From the NCBI GenBank assembly GCA_937132045.1, contig CAKZNX010000162.1, positions 1 to 49,780 on the forward strand: DNA of 49,780 nucleotides. Direction: 5' to 3'. This DNA comes from an uncultured bacterium (GTDB lineage: Bacteria; Armatimonadota; HRBIN16). The notes beneath the pieces are model-generated. The model was not told the DNA's origin and searched no databases. It was given only the letters and a program-made list of their open reading frames with translations. Below, piece after piece: positions 16,762-26,513 of the stretch. Each line of letters begins with the position of its first letter. Positions within the stretch are counted from its first letter, which is position 1. Made by a program: the position numbers and the translations under genes.

Positions 16762-18882
16762 GTGGAATTCTGGCGTCACTATATGATTTTGCGACGGCGC
16801 TGGCGCATCATTGCGCTGGTGGTGGTACTATGTGCGGGTGGGGTAGCGATGTGGTCGCAGAACTCCCCCCAGCAGTACGACGGCGTCGCTGTGCTGCGCG
16901 AACAACGACCGGTTGGTGAAACCTCTACCGAAATCTTCCCGATCCGTGCCCTGATCAACGACCCCGTTCTGCGCCAGCAGAACCTCGCTGCCCTGGTTGG
17001 GAGCAACACGGTGGTCAGCAACACGCTAACTGAGCTGCGGGTCTTGCGTCCCGGGTTGCTGGGACCTGGCGATCCCGCCGAGCAGCTCTTGCGGTTCAGA
17101 AGCAAGCTCGACGTGGATCCCATCCCGAACACCGAATTCCTGCGGGTGCGCGTGCGCGACGAGGATCCGCAGGGCGCGCTGATCGCTCTCAGCGTGCTCG
17201 TCGCCAAGGCGACAGACCGCTACAACGATCTCAACCAGAGCTTTATCCGTGCCGAGCGCGAACGATTGGAGAACGACCTTCTTCCCAACGCACGGGCAGA
17301 CCTCGAAGCCAAGCGTAAGGCGCTGGCAGACTATAAGCTGGCGAACCGCATCAGCGGCGACCTGACTTACCAGACGCAGGTTCTCGTACAGCGGGCTGCG
17401 CAGTATCGGGCAAACTACGATCAGTCGATGGTAGAGATGGAAGAGGCTCGGGCGCGCCGTATTGCAGCAGAGGAAGAGCTGAGAAGCCGCTATGCCCGCA
17501 ACGAGTATGAGGAAATGCAGCGTGTGATGGCAACGAACCCAGTGCTTCAGCAGTTGCGCATCGACCTGTCGCGCGCCCAGGCGGAGCTGCAGAAGGAGCT
17601 GCAGACAAAGGCGGAACGCCACCCGGAGGTTGTCTCCCTGCAGGCGCAGATCGCCGAGATCGAGGCGCGAATGCGCGCGGAGAGTGAACAGATACTGAAC
17701 TCACAGACCCGCTCGCGGAACCCCATTCGCGACGCGGCGCTGCAGGCATACATTAACGCCCGTGTGGCTGAGGAGGCGGCAGCGAAACGGGCACAGGCGT
17801 TCGCTTCACCTCTGCGGCGAGCTCTTGCAGATCTGGCAGATATGCCGCGCAAAGAGGCAGGCGTTGCCCGACTGGAGCTGGCGGCGCGTACCGCAGAGCA
17901 GACGTACAACCTTTACCTTCAGAAGCTGGAGGAGGCGCGTGCCAAAGAGCGCGGTGCTCAAGCGGCGACGTTGACCCTGCTGGACCCGCCGGTGGTGCTG
18001 GCGGTCCCCAAGCAGACCGCGCTGAAAGTGGCTCTGGCTCTCCTGCTGGCGCTGATATTGTCCAGCAGCGTGGTGCTGTTCCTTGGGCAGCTGGATACAT
18101 CCGTGCGCACACCAGAAGAAGCCGAGCGCCTGTTGAAACTGCCGGTCTTCGCGGTGATACCGCTGATGAAGCCCAACGCACTGGACAAGCAGGATGGGTT
18201 CACGCCGATTGGCGCTTCCTACCAGATACTCTCGACCAACCTGTGGTACGCCAGTCGTCAGATGCAGGGATCAGCGGTGGTGATAGCTAGCGCAGAGCCG
18301 AACGTCGGACGAAGCACCACTGCGGCGAACCTTGCCATCACGCTGGCGAGGGATGGAGCGCGGGTTCTGCTGGTGGATGCGGACATGCGACAGCCGACAT
18401 TGCACACTCGCTTCGGCGTCGATAACTCCCTGGGGCTGGCGGACGTGCTTGCGGGCGAGAAGTCCATCGAGGACGTTGCAGTACCAACCACCGTCGAGGG
18501 GCTGGTGCTGATACCTGCCGGCGCAACGGGCGACAACCCTGTGAGGCTTTTGCGCTCGCCGATGATGGAGCAGTTCATCGAGCGAACGACCCGGCTCGCC
18601 GACTTCGTCATCTTTGACTCGCCAGCTGGTGCTATCTTTGCTGACAGCACGCTGGTCGCTGCTCACGTGAAGAACGTGATCATCGTTCACGCTGCAGGAC
18701 AGCCGTCGCGTGGAGCGGAAACCGAATTCCACGCCCGTCTGGAGCAGGTCGGCGCGAACCTGATCGGCGCAGTATTGAACAAGGTACGTCCGGAGGACAG
18801 CAGGGGTGTGTATTACTATCGTCGCGCCTACCGAGAGCTGGCGTTGCGCCAGCCGACGTCACGAGCCCTACCCCGAGGATGA
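16762..18882 (+). CDS. Wzc/GumC-like polysaccharide co-polymerase with BY-kinase domain
   Basis: Two TM helices flanking a coiled coil; Walker A-like NVGRST, A' VDADMR, B FDSP; C-terminal YYY cluster. Confidence 0.9.
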   Translation: MEFWRHYMILRRRWRIIALVVVLCAGGVAMWSQNSPQQYDGVAVLREQRPVGETSTEIFPIRALINDPVLRQQNLAALVGSNTVVSNTLTELRVLRPGLLGPGDPAEQLLRFRSKLDVDPIPNTEFLRVRVRDEDPQGALIALSVLVAKATDRYNDLNQSFIRAERERLENDLLPNARADLEAKRKALADYKLANRISGDLTYQTQVLVQRAAQYRANYDQSMVEMEEARARRIAAEEELRSRYARNEYEEMQRVMATNPVLQQLRIDLSRAQAELQKELQTKAERHPEVVSLQAQIAEIEARMRAESEQILNSQTRSRNPIRDAALQAYINARVAEEAAAKRAQAFASPLRRALADLADMPRKEAGVARLELAARTAEQTYNLYLQKLEEARAKERGAQAATLTLLDPPVVLAVPKQTALKVALALLLALILSSSVVLFLGQLDTSVRTPEEAERLLKLPVFAVIPLMKPNALDKQDGFTPIGASYQILSTNLWYASRQMQGSAVVIASAEPNVGRSTTAANLAITLARDGARVLLVDADMRQPTLHTRFGVDNSLGLADVLAGEKSIEDVAVPTTVEGLVLIPAGATGDNPVRLLRSPMMEQFIERTTRLADFVIFDSPAGAIFADSTLVAAHVKNVIIVHAAGQPSRGAETEFHARLEQVGANLIGAVLNKVRPEDSRGVYYYRRAYRELALRQPTSRALPRG

Positions 18883-18987
18883 GAAGGTTGAACTCGGTTC
18901 GCTTCGGCTCGCGTAATATAAGAAGGGGGATTCCTTCGTTTGCATTTGCTGAGTTTGCTTATCTTTGGTTGAAGGGAGTATCGAGCC

Positions 18988-19695
18988 ATGGCACACGCGC
19001 AGACGCCGTTGCCGGGTATCGTGCCCCCGGCGGCGGGGGACGTCAGCATTGCGGAGTGGCAGGTACACGTGCCTGAGATAGAACTGCCCAGGGGTTACCG
19101 GTTCGCGAAGCGCCTTCTGGACATTACGGTGGCGAGCGTTGCACTGATGCTACTCGCTCCGCTGATGCTCCTGATTGCGCTGGCGGTCAAGCTGGACTCG
19201 CCAGGTCCGGTGCTCTTCCGACAGATACGGATCGGAAAGGGAGGCAGACCGTTCTGGTTTATCAAGTTCCGCTCGATGGTCCGGAACGCGGACCAAATGA
19301 AGCATCAGCTCGTCACGCGAAACGAAGTGAAAGACGGCCCGGTTTTCAAGATGCGAAACGACCCGCGCATCACACGAGTGGGGCGGATACTGCGCCGGTA
19401 CAGCCTGGATGAACTACCACAGCTGATGCACGTGCTGCAGGGACACATGAGCCTCGTGGGACCGCGCCCCCCACTTCCGTCGGAGGTGGTGAACTACGGC
19501 GAGTGGGAGAAGCGCCGTCTGAGCGTTACCCCCGGTCTCACCTGTCTGTGGCAGATAAGCGGACGCAGTGATATCGGTTTTCGTGAGTGGATTGAGCTTG
19601 ACCATATTTACATCGATACCATGAGTTTCTGGACCGACCTGAAAATCCTGCTGTTCACCGTTCCTGCGGTGATTTCTGGCAAAGGAGCCTGCTGA
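18988..19695 (+). CDS. Priming sugar transferase (undecaprenyl-phosphate glycosylphosphotransferase)
   Basis: [42 protein letters not shown]. Confidence 0.95.
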   Translation: MAHAQTPLPGIVPPAAGDVSIAEWQVHVPEIELPRGYRFAKRLLDITVASVALMLLAPLMLLIALAVKLDSPGPVLFRQIRIGKGGRPFWFIKFRSMVRNADQMKHQLVTRNEVKDGPVFKMRNDPRITRVGRILRRYSLDELPQLMHVLQGHMSLVGPRPPLPSEVVNYGEWEKRRLSVTPGLTCLWQISGRSDIGFREWIELDHIYIDTMSFWTDLKILLFTVPAVISGKGAC

Positions 19696-19720
19696 CAATA
19701 CTACAGGGTGAGATGACCGA

Positions 19721-20638
19721 ATGAAGGCTGTGCCATCGGAGGGGACATCTGCCGTACAGTCTACTCCGATCGAATGGATAAAGTGGGGCGTGGTGGCAAT
19801 GCGACCACGCCAGTGGACAAAGAACCTTCTGCTGTTTGCAGGTCTGCTCTTCGCCGATAAGCTCGGAGACAGCGCGAGGGTCTGGTTGAATGTGCTGGCG
19901 TTCGTCAGTTTCTGCCTCATCTCGGGGGCGCTGTACATCTATAATGACCTGCGAGATGTCGAGCACGATCGGCTGCACCCGCGCAAGCGGCTGCGCCCGA
20001 TTGCTTCCGGCAAACTGCCTGTCGGCGTCGCCATGTGGTTTCTGGCAGTAGCCCTGATGGCTGGACTGACGATGGCGTTCTGGATAGGTCCGGCTTTCGG
20101 AGCGCTGGCAGTTCTGTACATGGTGCTTTCGCTAAGCTACTCACTTGGCGGCAAGTATATCGTCATTCTGGACGTTTTCCTGATTGCCCTCGGGTTCGTG
20201 CTGCGTGCGCTGGCGGGAGCGGTGGCTATTGATGTCAGCATATCCGGATGGTTGCTGGCGTGTACCACTCTGCTCTCGCTATTTCTCGGCTTTTGTAAGC
20301 GGAGACATGAGCTGGTGATGCTGGGTGAGGAGGCGTCCAACCACCGTGCCACGCTGGGTGAATACAGCGTTGGTCTGCTCGACCAGTTTATCTCCATTGT
20401 TGCCTCGGCGACCATCATCACCTACGCTCTGTACACGATTCAGAGCGCGACCGCGCAACAGCATGAGGGATTGAAGTACACTATACCCATGGTGATGTAT
20501 GGGGTGTTCCGGTACCTGTATCTGGTGCATCGCAAGGAATTGGGAGGAGCGCCAGAACAGGTATTGCTGGAAGATCGCTGGATTCAAGCCACAATATTGA
20601 TGTGGGTAGGCGTCGCTGTCTGGGCGATTCTGCACTGA
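19721..20638 (+). CDS. Polyprenyl(decaprenyl)-phosphate phosphoribosyltransferase (UbiA family)
   Basis: RPRQWTKN, YIYNDLRDVEHDRLHPRKRLRPIASG, GFVLRALAG, KRRHEL, YGVFRY. Confidence 0.88.
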   Translation: MKAVPSEGTSAVQSTPIEWIKWGVVAMRPRQWTKNLLLFAGLLFADKLGDSARVWLNVLAFVSFCLISGALYIYNDLRDVEHDRLHPRKRLRPIASGKLPVGVAMWFLAVALMAGLTMAFWIGPAFGALAVLYMVLSLSYSLGGKYIVILDVFLIALGFVLRALAGAVAIDVSISGWLLACTTLLSLFLGFCKRRHELVMLGEEASNHRATLGEYSVGLLDQFISIVASATIITYALYTIQSATAQQHEGLKYTIPMVMYGVFRYLYLVHRKELGGAPEQVLLEDRWIQATILMWVGVAVWAILH

Positions 20639-20648
20639 GAGGTATTGG

Positions 20649-21119
20649 ATGGACGGTATTTCAGTAAGCAACTGGCTGGTAGGGCAGCTGCAACGCAAGG
20701 GCATACGGCAATTTATCAAGTTCTGCATCGTGGGCGCGAGCAGCACGCTGATCGACTTCACGGTGGCGAATATCGCGTATTACGTCCTGCACGTTCGCCC
20801 AGCAGCGCTGGCAAGCGTGATGGGCTTCTGCGTCGCGGTGGTGAACGGCTACACATGGAATAGCCGCTGGACTTTCCGCGACCGAAAGCGCAAAGCCGTG
20901 CACAAGGAGTTTCTTGGCTTCGTCACGGTTAACGTGGTGGGCGCGATGCTGAACTACAGCATTGTAAGCCTCATCCTGATGTTTGACCACCAGGACCCGC
21001 ACCCGAAGTGGGTGTTCAACGGGGCAAAAGTGCTCGCAACCGGTATTGTGGTCTTCTGGAACTTTTTTGCCAATCGGCGGTGGACGTTTGGCCAGAAAGG
21101 AGCGGTGAGAACACCATGA
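20649..21119 (+). CDS. GtrA family membrane protein (lipid-linked sugar flippase-like)
   Basis: QFIKFCIVG, NSRWTF, WNFFANRRWTF; 4 TM segments. Confidence 0.9.
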   Translation: MDGISVSNWLVGQLQRKGIRQFIKFCIVGASSTLIDFTVANIAYYVLHVRPAALASVMGFCVAVVNGYTWNSRWTFRDRKRKAVHKEFLGFVTVNVVGAMLNYSIVSLILMFDHQDPHPKWVFNGAKVLATGIVVFWNFFANRRWTFGQKGAVRTP

Positions 21120-21988
21120 GTCAGGCACGTGCCGAGCGCATGTTCGGCGTTCCAGTATCGCGCATCCTGAAGAATCCTTTGACGTGGGTGAGTACTCTTA
21201 CCCTGGCGGCGATATGCGTCGCCTACCTGAATGTGTTCGCCTACTGGAAGTACTACTGGTTCTTACGAGACGGATACTACTCACACGGGGTACTGGTGCC
21301 GTTCCTGGCGCTATACATGGTGTGGATGCGACGGGAGGAGATTCGACAGACCGCCATCCGCCCCAGCATGTGGGGGATTCCCGTTGTCGCTCTGGCGCTG
21401 GCGCTCCGTGTGCTGGGGCATCTGACGCAGTCGTCCACCATCGCCTCGATATCGTTCATCATCCTGGTGTACGGCATCGTGGGTTTGCTGGCGGGATGGA
21501 GACACGCGCGCCTCGTCTGGTTCCCTATCCTCTTCCTCGGGTTCATGATGCCCGTTCCGGCTACTATTTTTGACGAAATATCTCAGCCGGCTCAGGAATG
21601 GTCCACCATTATCGCTAACGGCATTCTGAAAACTATCGGCTATGAGACGCGACGCATCGGCAACGTGATACTCATCCCCGGCGGGTTCGACCTCGATGTG
21701 GGTGTGCCCTGCAGTGGCTTCAAGATGCTGGTATCGATGGCGACCTTCGCCTTTTTCTTTGCGTATTATATTGGTGTAGCACTCTGGCGCCAGGCGCTGC
21801 TGGTGCTGCTGGCTCTTCCGCTTGCTCTGGTCATTAACGGCTTGCGCATCGCGCTGATAGGCATCGTCGGCACCAAGTACGGCGAGCAGGCTGGCTACAC
21901 TTTCCACGACTGGAGCGGCTATCTGGTGCTGGTGGTGGCGTTTGCTGTACTCTTTCAACTGGGAAGGTGGTTAGGATGGCAACGGTAG
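21116..21988 (+). CDS. Exosortase (EpsH/XrtA family)
   Basis: YSHGVLVP; catalytic Cys (VPCSG), Arg (NGLRI) and His (FHD); multi-TM; ATGA overlap with gtrA. Confidence 0.92.
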   Translation: MSQARAERMFGVPVSRILKNPLTWVSTLTLAAICVAYLNVFAYWKYYWFLRDGYYSHGVLVPFLALYMVWMRREEIRQTAIRPSMWGIPVVALALALRVLGHLTQSSTIASISFIILVYGIVGLLAGWRHARLVWFPILFLGFMMPVPATIFDEISQPAQEWSTIIANGILKTIGYETRRIGNVILIPGGFDLDVGVPCSGFKMLVSMATFAFFFAYYIGVALWRQALLVLLALPLALVINGLRIALIGIVGTKYGEQAGYTFHDWSGYLVLVVAFAVLFQLGRWLGWQR

Positions 21989-22656
21989 CTCCTGCGGAAT
22001 CTCAGGTGAACATCTCCGCTCTGCGGCGGAACCTGCTGTTACTGCTAGTGCTGAGCACGGTAACGGCGGCACTGGTTCTCGTTTTGCAGCCGCTTCGCGG
22101 CAAGGTGCTCCGTGATATCGACGACTCCCTGATACCCTTCCAGCTGGGCAACTGGACGGGGCAGCGCTACGATATGGGCGCGGTGGTGTTTCAGGTCTTA
22201 AAGCCCGACGCGATCGTATCTCGTCACTACTTCAATGAAAAAGGCGACCAGCTGGATTTTGTGTTGCTGGCTGGCACTCACTCAGAAACATTCCACAACC
22301 CTCACACCTGCTTCCCCAGTCAGGGCTGGCGACTGGAGGACAACGCGAAGATTGAGTTCACCGTGCCGGGCGTAGAACATGCCGTCGACGCGCGTATGTT
22401 CCAGGTGAACAACGAGGGCAAGAAAGCGACGGTCATCTACTGGTATCGGACGCCTTTCGGCACGACAGGCTCGATGGGCATCGCGCGAGTGTCCACGTTC
22501 ACGGCGCGTATCATCGGGATGGAACGACAGCAAACCTTCTTCTTCCGGTTCATCGTGCCTTCGTCTGGAGACGTGAATCAGGACGTGGAGACGATCAGGC
22601 AGTTTGCCGGGGAGCTGTTCAGAGCCCTCAAACAGACCCTTCCGGAAGTGATTTGA
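21976..22656 (+). CDS. EpsI family exosortase-associated protein
   Basis: N-terminal TM; IPFQLGNWTG, LKPD...R.Y, HNPHTCFPSQGW, VIYWY; follows exosortase. Confidence 0.85.
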   Translation: MATVAPAESQVNISALRRNLLLLLVLSTVTAALVLVLQPLRGKVLRDIDDSLIPFQLGNWTGQRYDMGAVVFQVLKPDAIVSRHYFNEKGDQLDFVLLAGTHSETFHNPHTCFPSQGWRLEDNAKIEFTVPGVEHAVDARMFQVNNEGKKATVIYWYRTPFGTTGSMGIARVSTFTARIIGMERQQTFFFRFIVPSSGDVNQDVETIRQFAGELFRALKQTLPEVI

Positions 22657-22684
22657 AAGGCAGGAGGTATTATCCTCCTGCCTT
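22657..22684. terminator. Hairpin between convergent genes
   Basis: Perfect 11-bp stem aaggcaggagg-tattat-cctcctgcctt. Confidence 0.7.
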
Positions 22685-22696
22685 GCCAGCCTACTC

Positions 22697-25600
22697 TCAC
22701 CGCATGAGCATCTCAATGGCACGGTCAAGCTGCGGGTCGCGCTCCTGCAGCCACTCGTCCGGGGTCATCCAGACCTGCACGTCGGGTTTCTCGCCGAGGT
22801 TCTCCATCGGGCTGCCGTCCAGCCGGTACACTCCGCTCTGGGGCATTCGCGCCCCTGTGCCGTCCACCAGCTGCAGCCCCCACGTCCAGATGACGTATCC
22901 CGGCGTCGGCATACCCACCAGCTTTGCCAGGCCCTTAGCGCGCATGGCGTAAGGAAACATCTCGGCATTGGAGTAGCTGTGCTCGTTCATCAGCACAATG
23001 ATGGGCTTGTCCCATGCGCGGCTGGGAGCGGGCTCGATTGCCCCATCCCGCGGTCGGTAGAAGCCGTGCGGTTTGCGCTCAAGCCAGTCAACCAGCGTGT
23101 CGGAGATGTTGCCTCCGCCGTTGAAGCGCACGTCGATAATCATCGCCTGCTTACCGACTACCTGCTCGTACACCTCGCGCTCGAACTGCACCTGATTGCC
23201 GAAGCCCATTCCCGAGATATGCACGTAGCCGATCTTGCCGTTGCTTTTCTCGTCGGTGTACTTGCGCAGCCGCTCGATGCGGTTGCGATAGTTCAGGTCG
23301 CTCCATTCGCCCGAGCTCATCACGCGGTACTTCACCACCCGCGCGCCGTCCTTACTCGGCTTGGAGTTCACCAGGAACTCGAATTCACGCCCCTGTTTAT
23401 CGTTGATGAGCCGCCACAGGTTCTCATCCAGCGTCACGTCCTGCCCATTGATTGCCAGCACGTATTCGCCCTCACGGATTCGTGTCTGAGGATACGAGCC
23501 GGGCGCGCCCTGTGGCACCTTCCCCACCCTGATGCCGGGACCTTCGTAGCTGTAATCGAAATTGAACCCCAGATGCGGTGTGACAGGACCGGGATTGCCG
23601 CCCGGCGCAGGCGAAACCTCTGCGTGTGACGCTTCCAGCTCGCCCACCATCATGCTGAGCAGGGTGGCGAACTCCTCGCGCGTCTCCACGGCGTCCAGCA
23701 GAGGCTCATAGCGCTTGCGTATCGCTTCCCAATCCCTGCCATGGAAGTTGGAGTCGTAGAAACCGCGGTGATAGCTGCGCCAGAACTGGGTGAATGCCGC
23801 ACGCCGCTCCGCCCGCACGTCTCGCTCCCAGTCCGCGGTGAAAGTGACCTTCTCCTGCGGATTGTTGCCCTCGAGCCGCATCGTCCACAGCTCACCGCCA
23901 CGGATGAAAAACACCTTCTTCCCATCCTGTGACACGCGCAGGCTGGAAATACCGCCACCCGTTGTCAGCCGCTTCGTCTCCTTGCCGTCGTAGGACACCG
24001 ACCATACGTCGCCCTCGGACACGAAGAGGATAAGCCCTTCACTGGTTAAGGTGAGGTCTGCCTGCGGGTTCTGGTTAACCAGTTTTCGGATGCGCCGCTG
24101 GATGTCCTGAAAGTCGATTTCCACCAGCACTTTATCCTTGGGCTTTTCAAACTTCAGGTCTGTGTCTACAACACGGGCTGGCTCCTGCTGAAGCGGCAGC
24201 ACATACAAGCCGTTTCCATCGCGGTCACTCTGGAAAAACAGGTACTTGCCATCGGGCGACCATGCTGGCTGGCTATGATAGGCGTTCAACCGCGTGACGT
24301 TGATCGCCTCACCGCCTGCCGCCGGCATGATCCAGATATTCCACGCAAGGTCCTCGCCGCGGTAGGTGAAGGCGAGCCAGCGCATATCAGGTGACCAGGC
24401 AAACTGCCCGCCACCCAGACCATACCAGTGTGTGCCCGGCACCTTCGCCAGCCGCTTGATCTCCCCGGTCTCCAGCGTGAGCACGTACAATCCGCCCTCC
24501 GCGCCGGAGACCCAGAAGCCCAGTAGTTTGCCGTCGGGCGATAGTCGGGGCGAAGTGACGTCTTCGGTGCGGTTCCAGAGTGGCTTCACCTGCAGGGTCT
24601 CAACGTCCAGCTCGTAGAGGCGGGTGTTGAACTCGCGGTCGGAGGTAAAGTACAGCTTCTTGCCGTCCGCCGACCACACGAAGTCCGAGTCATCCCCTAC
24701 CCAGTCCGTCAGGCGGCGTGCAATCTCGGCGCTGCGCGCGGCAACGCCCTTGGGTTTGTCGATGAGCACCGTCCAGATGTCGCCGCGCAAACCGAACGCA
24801 AAGGTCTTGCCGTCGGGAGACGGCTCTGCTTCCGTCACGCCGGATGTCAGCACCTCGCGGCGGCGAGAGTTTTGCTTCTCATCCTCGGTGGCATACAGCA
24901 CAATCTTTTGCGGGTTGCGCGACCCTGCAGGCAGAAGCCACAGGTCATGCTCATATTCGAGGGCGATGTCGCCGCTGCGCAGTGCCACTGTGGGAAAGCG
25001 CACGGAGCCCCCCACAAAGAAGGTGATCTGCCTGCCGCGACCTCCGAGGTCATAGACCCACAGGTTCGGTGTGCGGCCGGGGTTGTCCACGATTTTCTGC
25101 GGCGGGGCGCCCAGCTTACTGCTGGACGGCGTTTCCTCTCCAATCGTGACCGTCAGCAGGCTTTTGCCATCGGGCAGGAACTTGGTCCAGAGATGCTGAC
25201 GGTTGTCGTTTGTGAGGGGTCGTCTCTTGTCGGTGTCCACCTCTAACAGCCATATCTGAGCGGCTGCAGACCCCACATAGCGTGGGCGTGTCCAGTGGAA
25301 GCCGTATCGTCCATACACCACCATCTTGCCGTCAGGTGAGAAGGATGCATAGTTGATGGAGGCGTAATCTTCGGTCAGCTTCCTGAAACGCAGAGTGCGC
25401 ACGTCCAGCGCGTAAAGGGTGTTGTTGGTGCTGTCTCTCACCGACGAGAACAGTAGGTACTTGCCATCGGGGCTCCAGCCAGTCGCAATCTCGCTGTTCG
25501 CATGGTAAGTAAGCTGTCGCACCTCCCCTCCATCTGCGGGAACCACAAAGATGTCCCAGTTTCCGTTGCGCAGGCTGGAAAAAGCAATCCATCGTCCGTC

Positions 25601-25852
25601 CGGCGAAAAGAGTGGAAAGGCATCCATCTCCACGTGGCGCGTTAACGGGGTCGCCTGCCCGCCTGTTGCGGAGGCAATCCATACGTCTCCTCGGTAGACG
25701 AACGCCAGCCGCTTGCCGTCTGGGCTCAGCGCCGGCATTCGGGCTCCGATAATGGGCCTCTGTGAGGGCACAGGAAGCTGTGCCCAGACAACACCATGCG
25801 CCACGAGCATCAGCACTGTGGCGCACAACGAGATCCACCATGTTCGTCTCAT
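22697..25852 (-). CDS. Tricorn-like S41 peptidase (PD40 beta-propellers, PDZ, S41 domain)
   Basis: Many SPDG repeats; ELEASH; IGYVHI; IIDVRFNGGG; SYSNAE catalytic Ser; signal peptide. Confidence 0.92.
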   Translation of the reverse strand: MRRTWWISLCATVLMLVAHGVVWAQLPVPSQRPIIGARMPALSPDGKRLAFVYRGDVWIASATGGQATPLTRHVEMDAFPLFSPDGRWIAFSSLRNGNWDIFVVPADGGEVRQLTYHANSEIATGWSPDGKYLLFSSVRDSTNNTLYALDVRTLRFRKLTEDYASINYASFSPDGKMVVYGRYGFHWTRPRYVGSAAAQIWLLEVDTDKRRPLTNDNRQHLWTKFLPDGKSLLTVTIGEETPSSSKLGAPPQKIVDNPGRTPNLWVYDLGGRGRQITFFVGGSVRFPTVALRSGDIALEYEHDLWLLPAGSRNPQKIVLYATEDEKQNSRRREVLTSGVTEAEPSPDGKTFAFGLRGDIWTVLIDKPKGVAARSAEIARRLTDWVGDDSDFVWSADGKKLYFTSDREFNTRLYELDVETLQVKPLWNRTEDVTSPRLSPDGKLLGFWVSGAEGGLYVLTLETGEIKRLAKVPGTHWYGLGGGQFAWSPDMRWLAFTYRGEDLAWNIWIMPAAGGEAINVTRLNAYHSQPAWSPDGKYLFFQSDRDGNGLYVLPLQQEPARVVDTDLKFEKPKDKVLVEIDFQDIQRRIRKLVNQNPQADLTLTSEGLILFVSEGDVWSVSYDGKETKRLTTGGGISSLRVSQDGKKVFFIRGGELWTMRLEGNNPQEKVTFTADWERDVRAERRAAFTQFWRSYHRGFYDSNFHGRDWEAIRKRYEPLLDAVETREEFATLLSMMVGELEASHAEVSPAPGGNPGPVTPHLGFNFDYSYEGPGIRVGKVPQGAPGSYPQTRIREGEYVLAINGQDVTLDENLWRLINDKQGREFEFLVNSKPSKDGARVVKYRVMSSGEWSDLNYRNRIERLRKYTDEKSNGKIGYVHISGMGFGNQVQFEREVYEQVVGKQAMIIDVRFNGGGNISDTLVDWLERKPHGFYRPRDGAIEPAPSRAWDKPIIVLMNEHSYSNAEMFPYAMRAKGLAKLVGMPTPGYVIWTWGLQLVDGTGARMPQSGVYRLDGSPMENLGEKPDVQVWMTPDEWLQERDPQLDRAIEMLMR

Positions 25853-25956
25853 GCTACAACAGTTAGAACATGCCTTCAGCAAATCCTCTTGTGGGCATTC
25901 CTCAGCCCGGTTCCCAAATCTCTGCTATCGGGCGACGGTCATGGAAGTCAGCGCTC

Positions 25957-25985
25957 TTGACATTATCGCCCGAAAGCGGTATGAT
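25957..25985 (+). promoter_or_regulatory. sigma70 promoter of the Fur-family gene
   Basis: TTGACA-17 nt-TATGAT. Confidence 0.75.
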
Positions 25986-25995
25986 GACATGTGAA

Positions 25996-26014
25996 AATAG
26001 GAACGAATACTATT
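25996..26014. promoter_or_regulatory. Putative autoregulatory PerR/Fur-family operator
   Basis: Imperfect 9-1-9 palindrome AATAGGAAC-G-AATACTATT just downstream of the -10. Confidence 0.55.
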
Positions 26015-26041
26015 CCTGCTTTCCGGGGTGAATAGAGCTCG

Positions 26042-26425
26042 ATGCGCAACACAAAGCAACGACAGGTCGTGCTGGATATTCTGCGTAATACCGACACCCA
26101 CCCAACGGCGGATTGGGTGTACGAGCAGGCGCGTAAAGTCCTGCCTAACATCAGCCTGGGAACGGTGTACCGAGTGCTGGGACGGCTTCAGGAAGAGGGC
26201 TTGGTGGTGCAGCTGGACGTGGGTTCCCGAAAGAGTCGTTTTGACGGCAAGCCGGGTCAGCACCAGCACATCGTCTGCGAGAGGTGTGGTCGTGTGGCAG
26301 ACGTACCCGACGTCATCGACCACATTGCCTCGGAACGTGTCCAGAATCTGACTGGTTATCGCGTGCACGCGCACCGCGTCGAGTGGATTGGTGTTTGCCC
26401 TGAGTGTCACAATGCTCAACCCTGA
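26042..26425 (+). CDS. Fur family transcriptional repressor (PerR-like)
   Basis: RNTKQR, HPTADWVY, ISLGTVYR, RFDG..HQHIVCERC, CPEC. Confidence 0.92.
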   Translation: MRNTKQRQVVLDILRNTDTHPTADWVYEQARKVLPNISLGTVYRVLGRLQEEGLVVQLDVGSRKSRFDGKPGQHQHIVCERCGRVADVPDVIDHIASERVQNLTGYRVHAHRVEWIGVCPECHNAQP

Positions 26426-26486
26426 CGCCCTGCCGAAGGGACCACCGTCAGCACTCCGGGGGCGACAACGCCCCCTGCCGTTTCTG

Positions 26487-26495
26487 TGATATAAT
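26487..26495 (+). promoter_or_regulatory. Extended -10 promoter for hemW-trm1
   Basis: TGaTATAAT, 18 nt upstream of the ATG. Confidence 0.55.
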
Positions 26496-26513
26496 CCCTT
26501 TGTAGAAAGCACC

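Noticed and set aside
22697..25852. Repeated SPDG motifs as a novel repeat
   Set aside because: Ordinary PD40 propeller repeats of tricorn-like proteases
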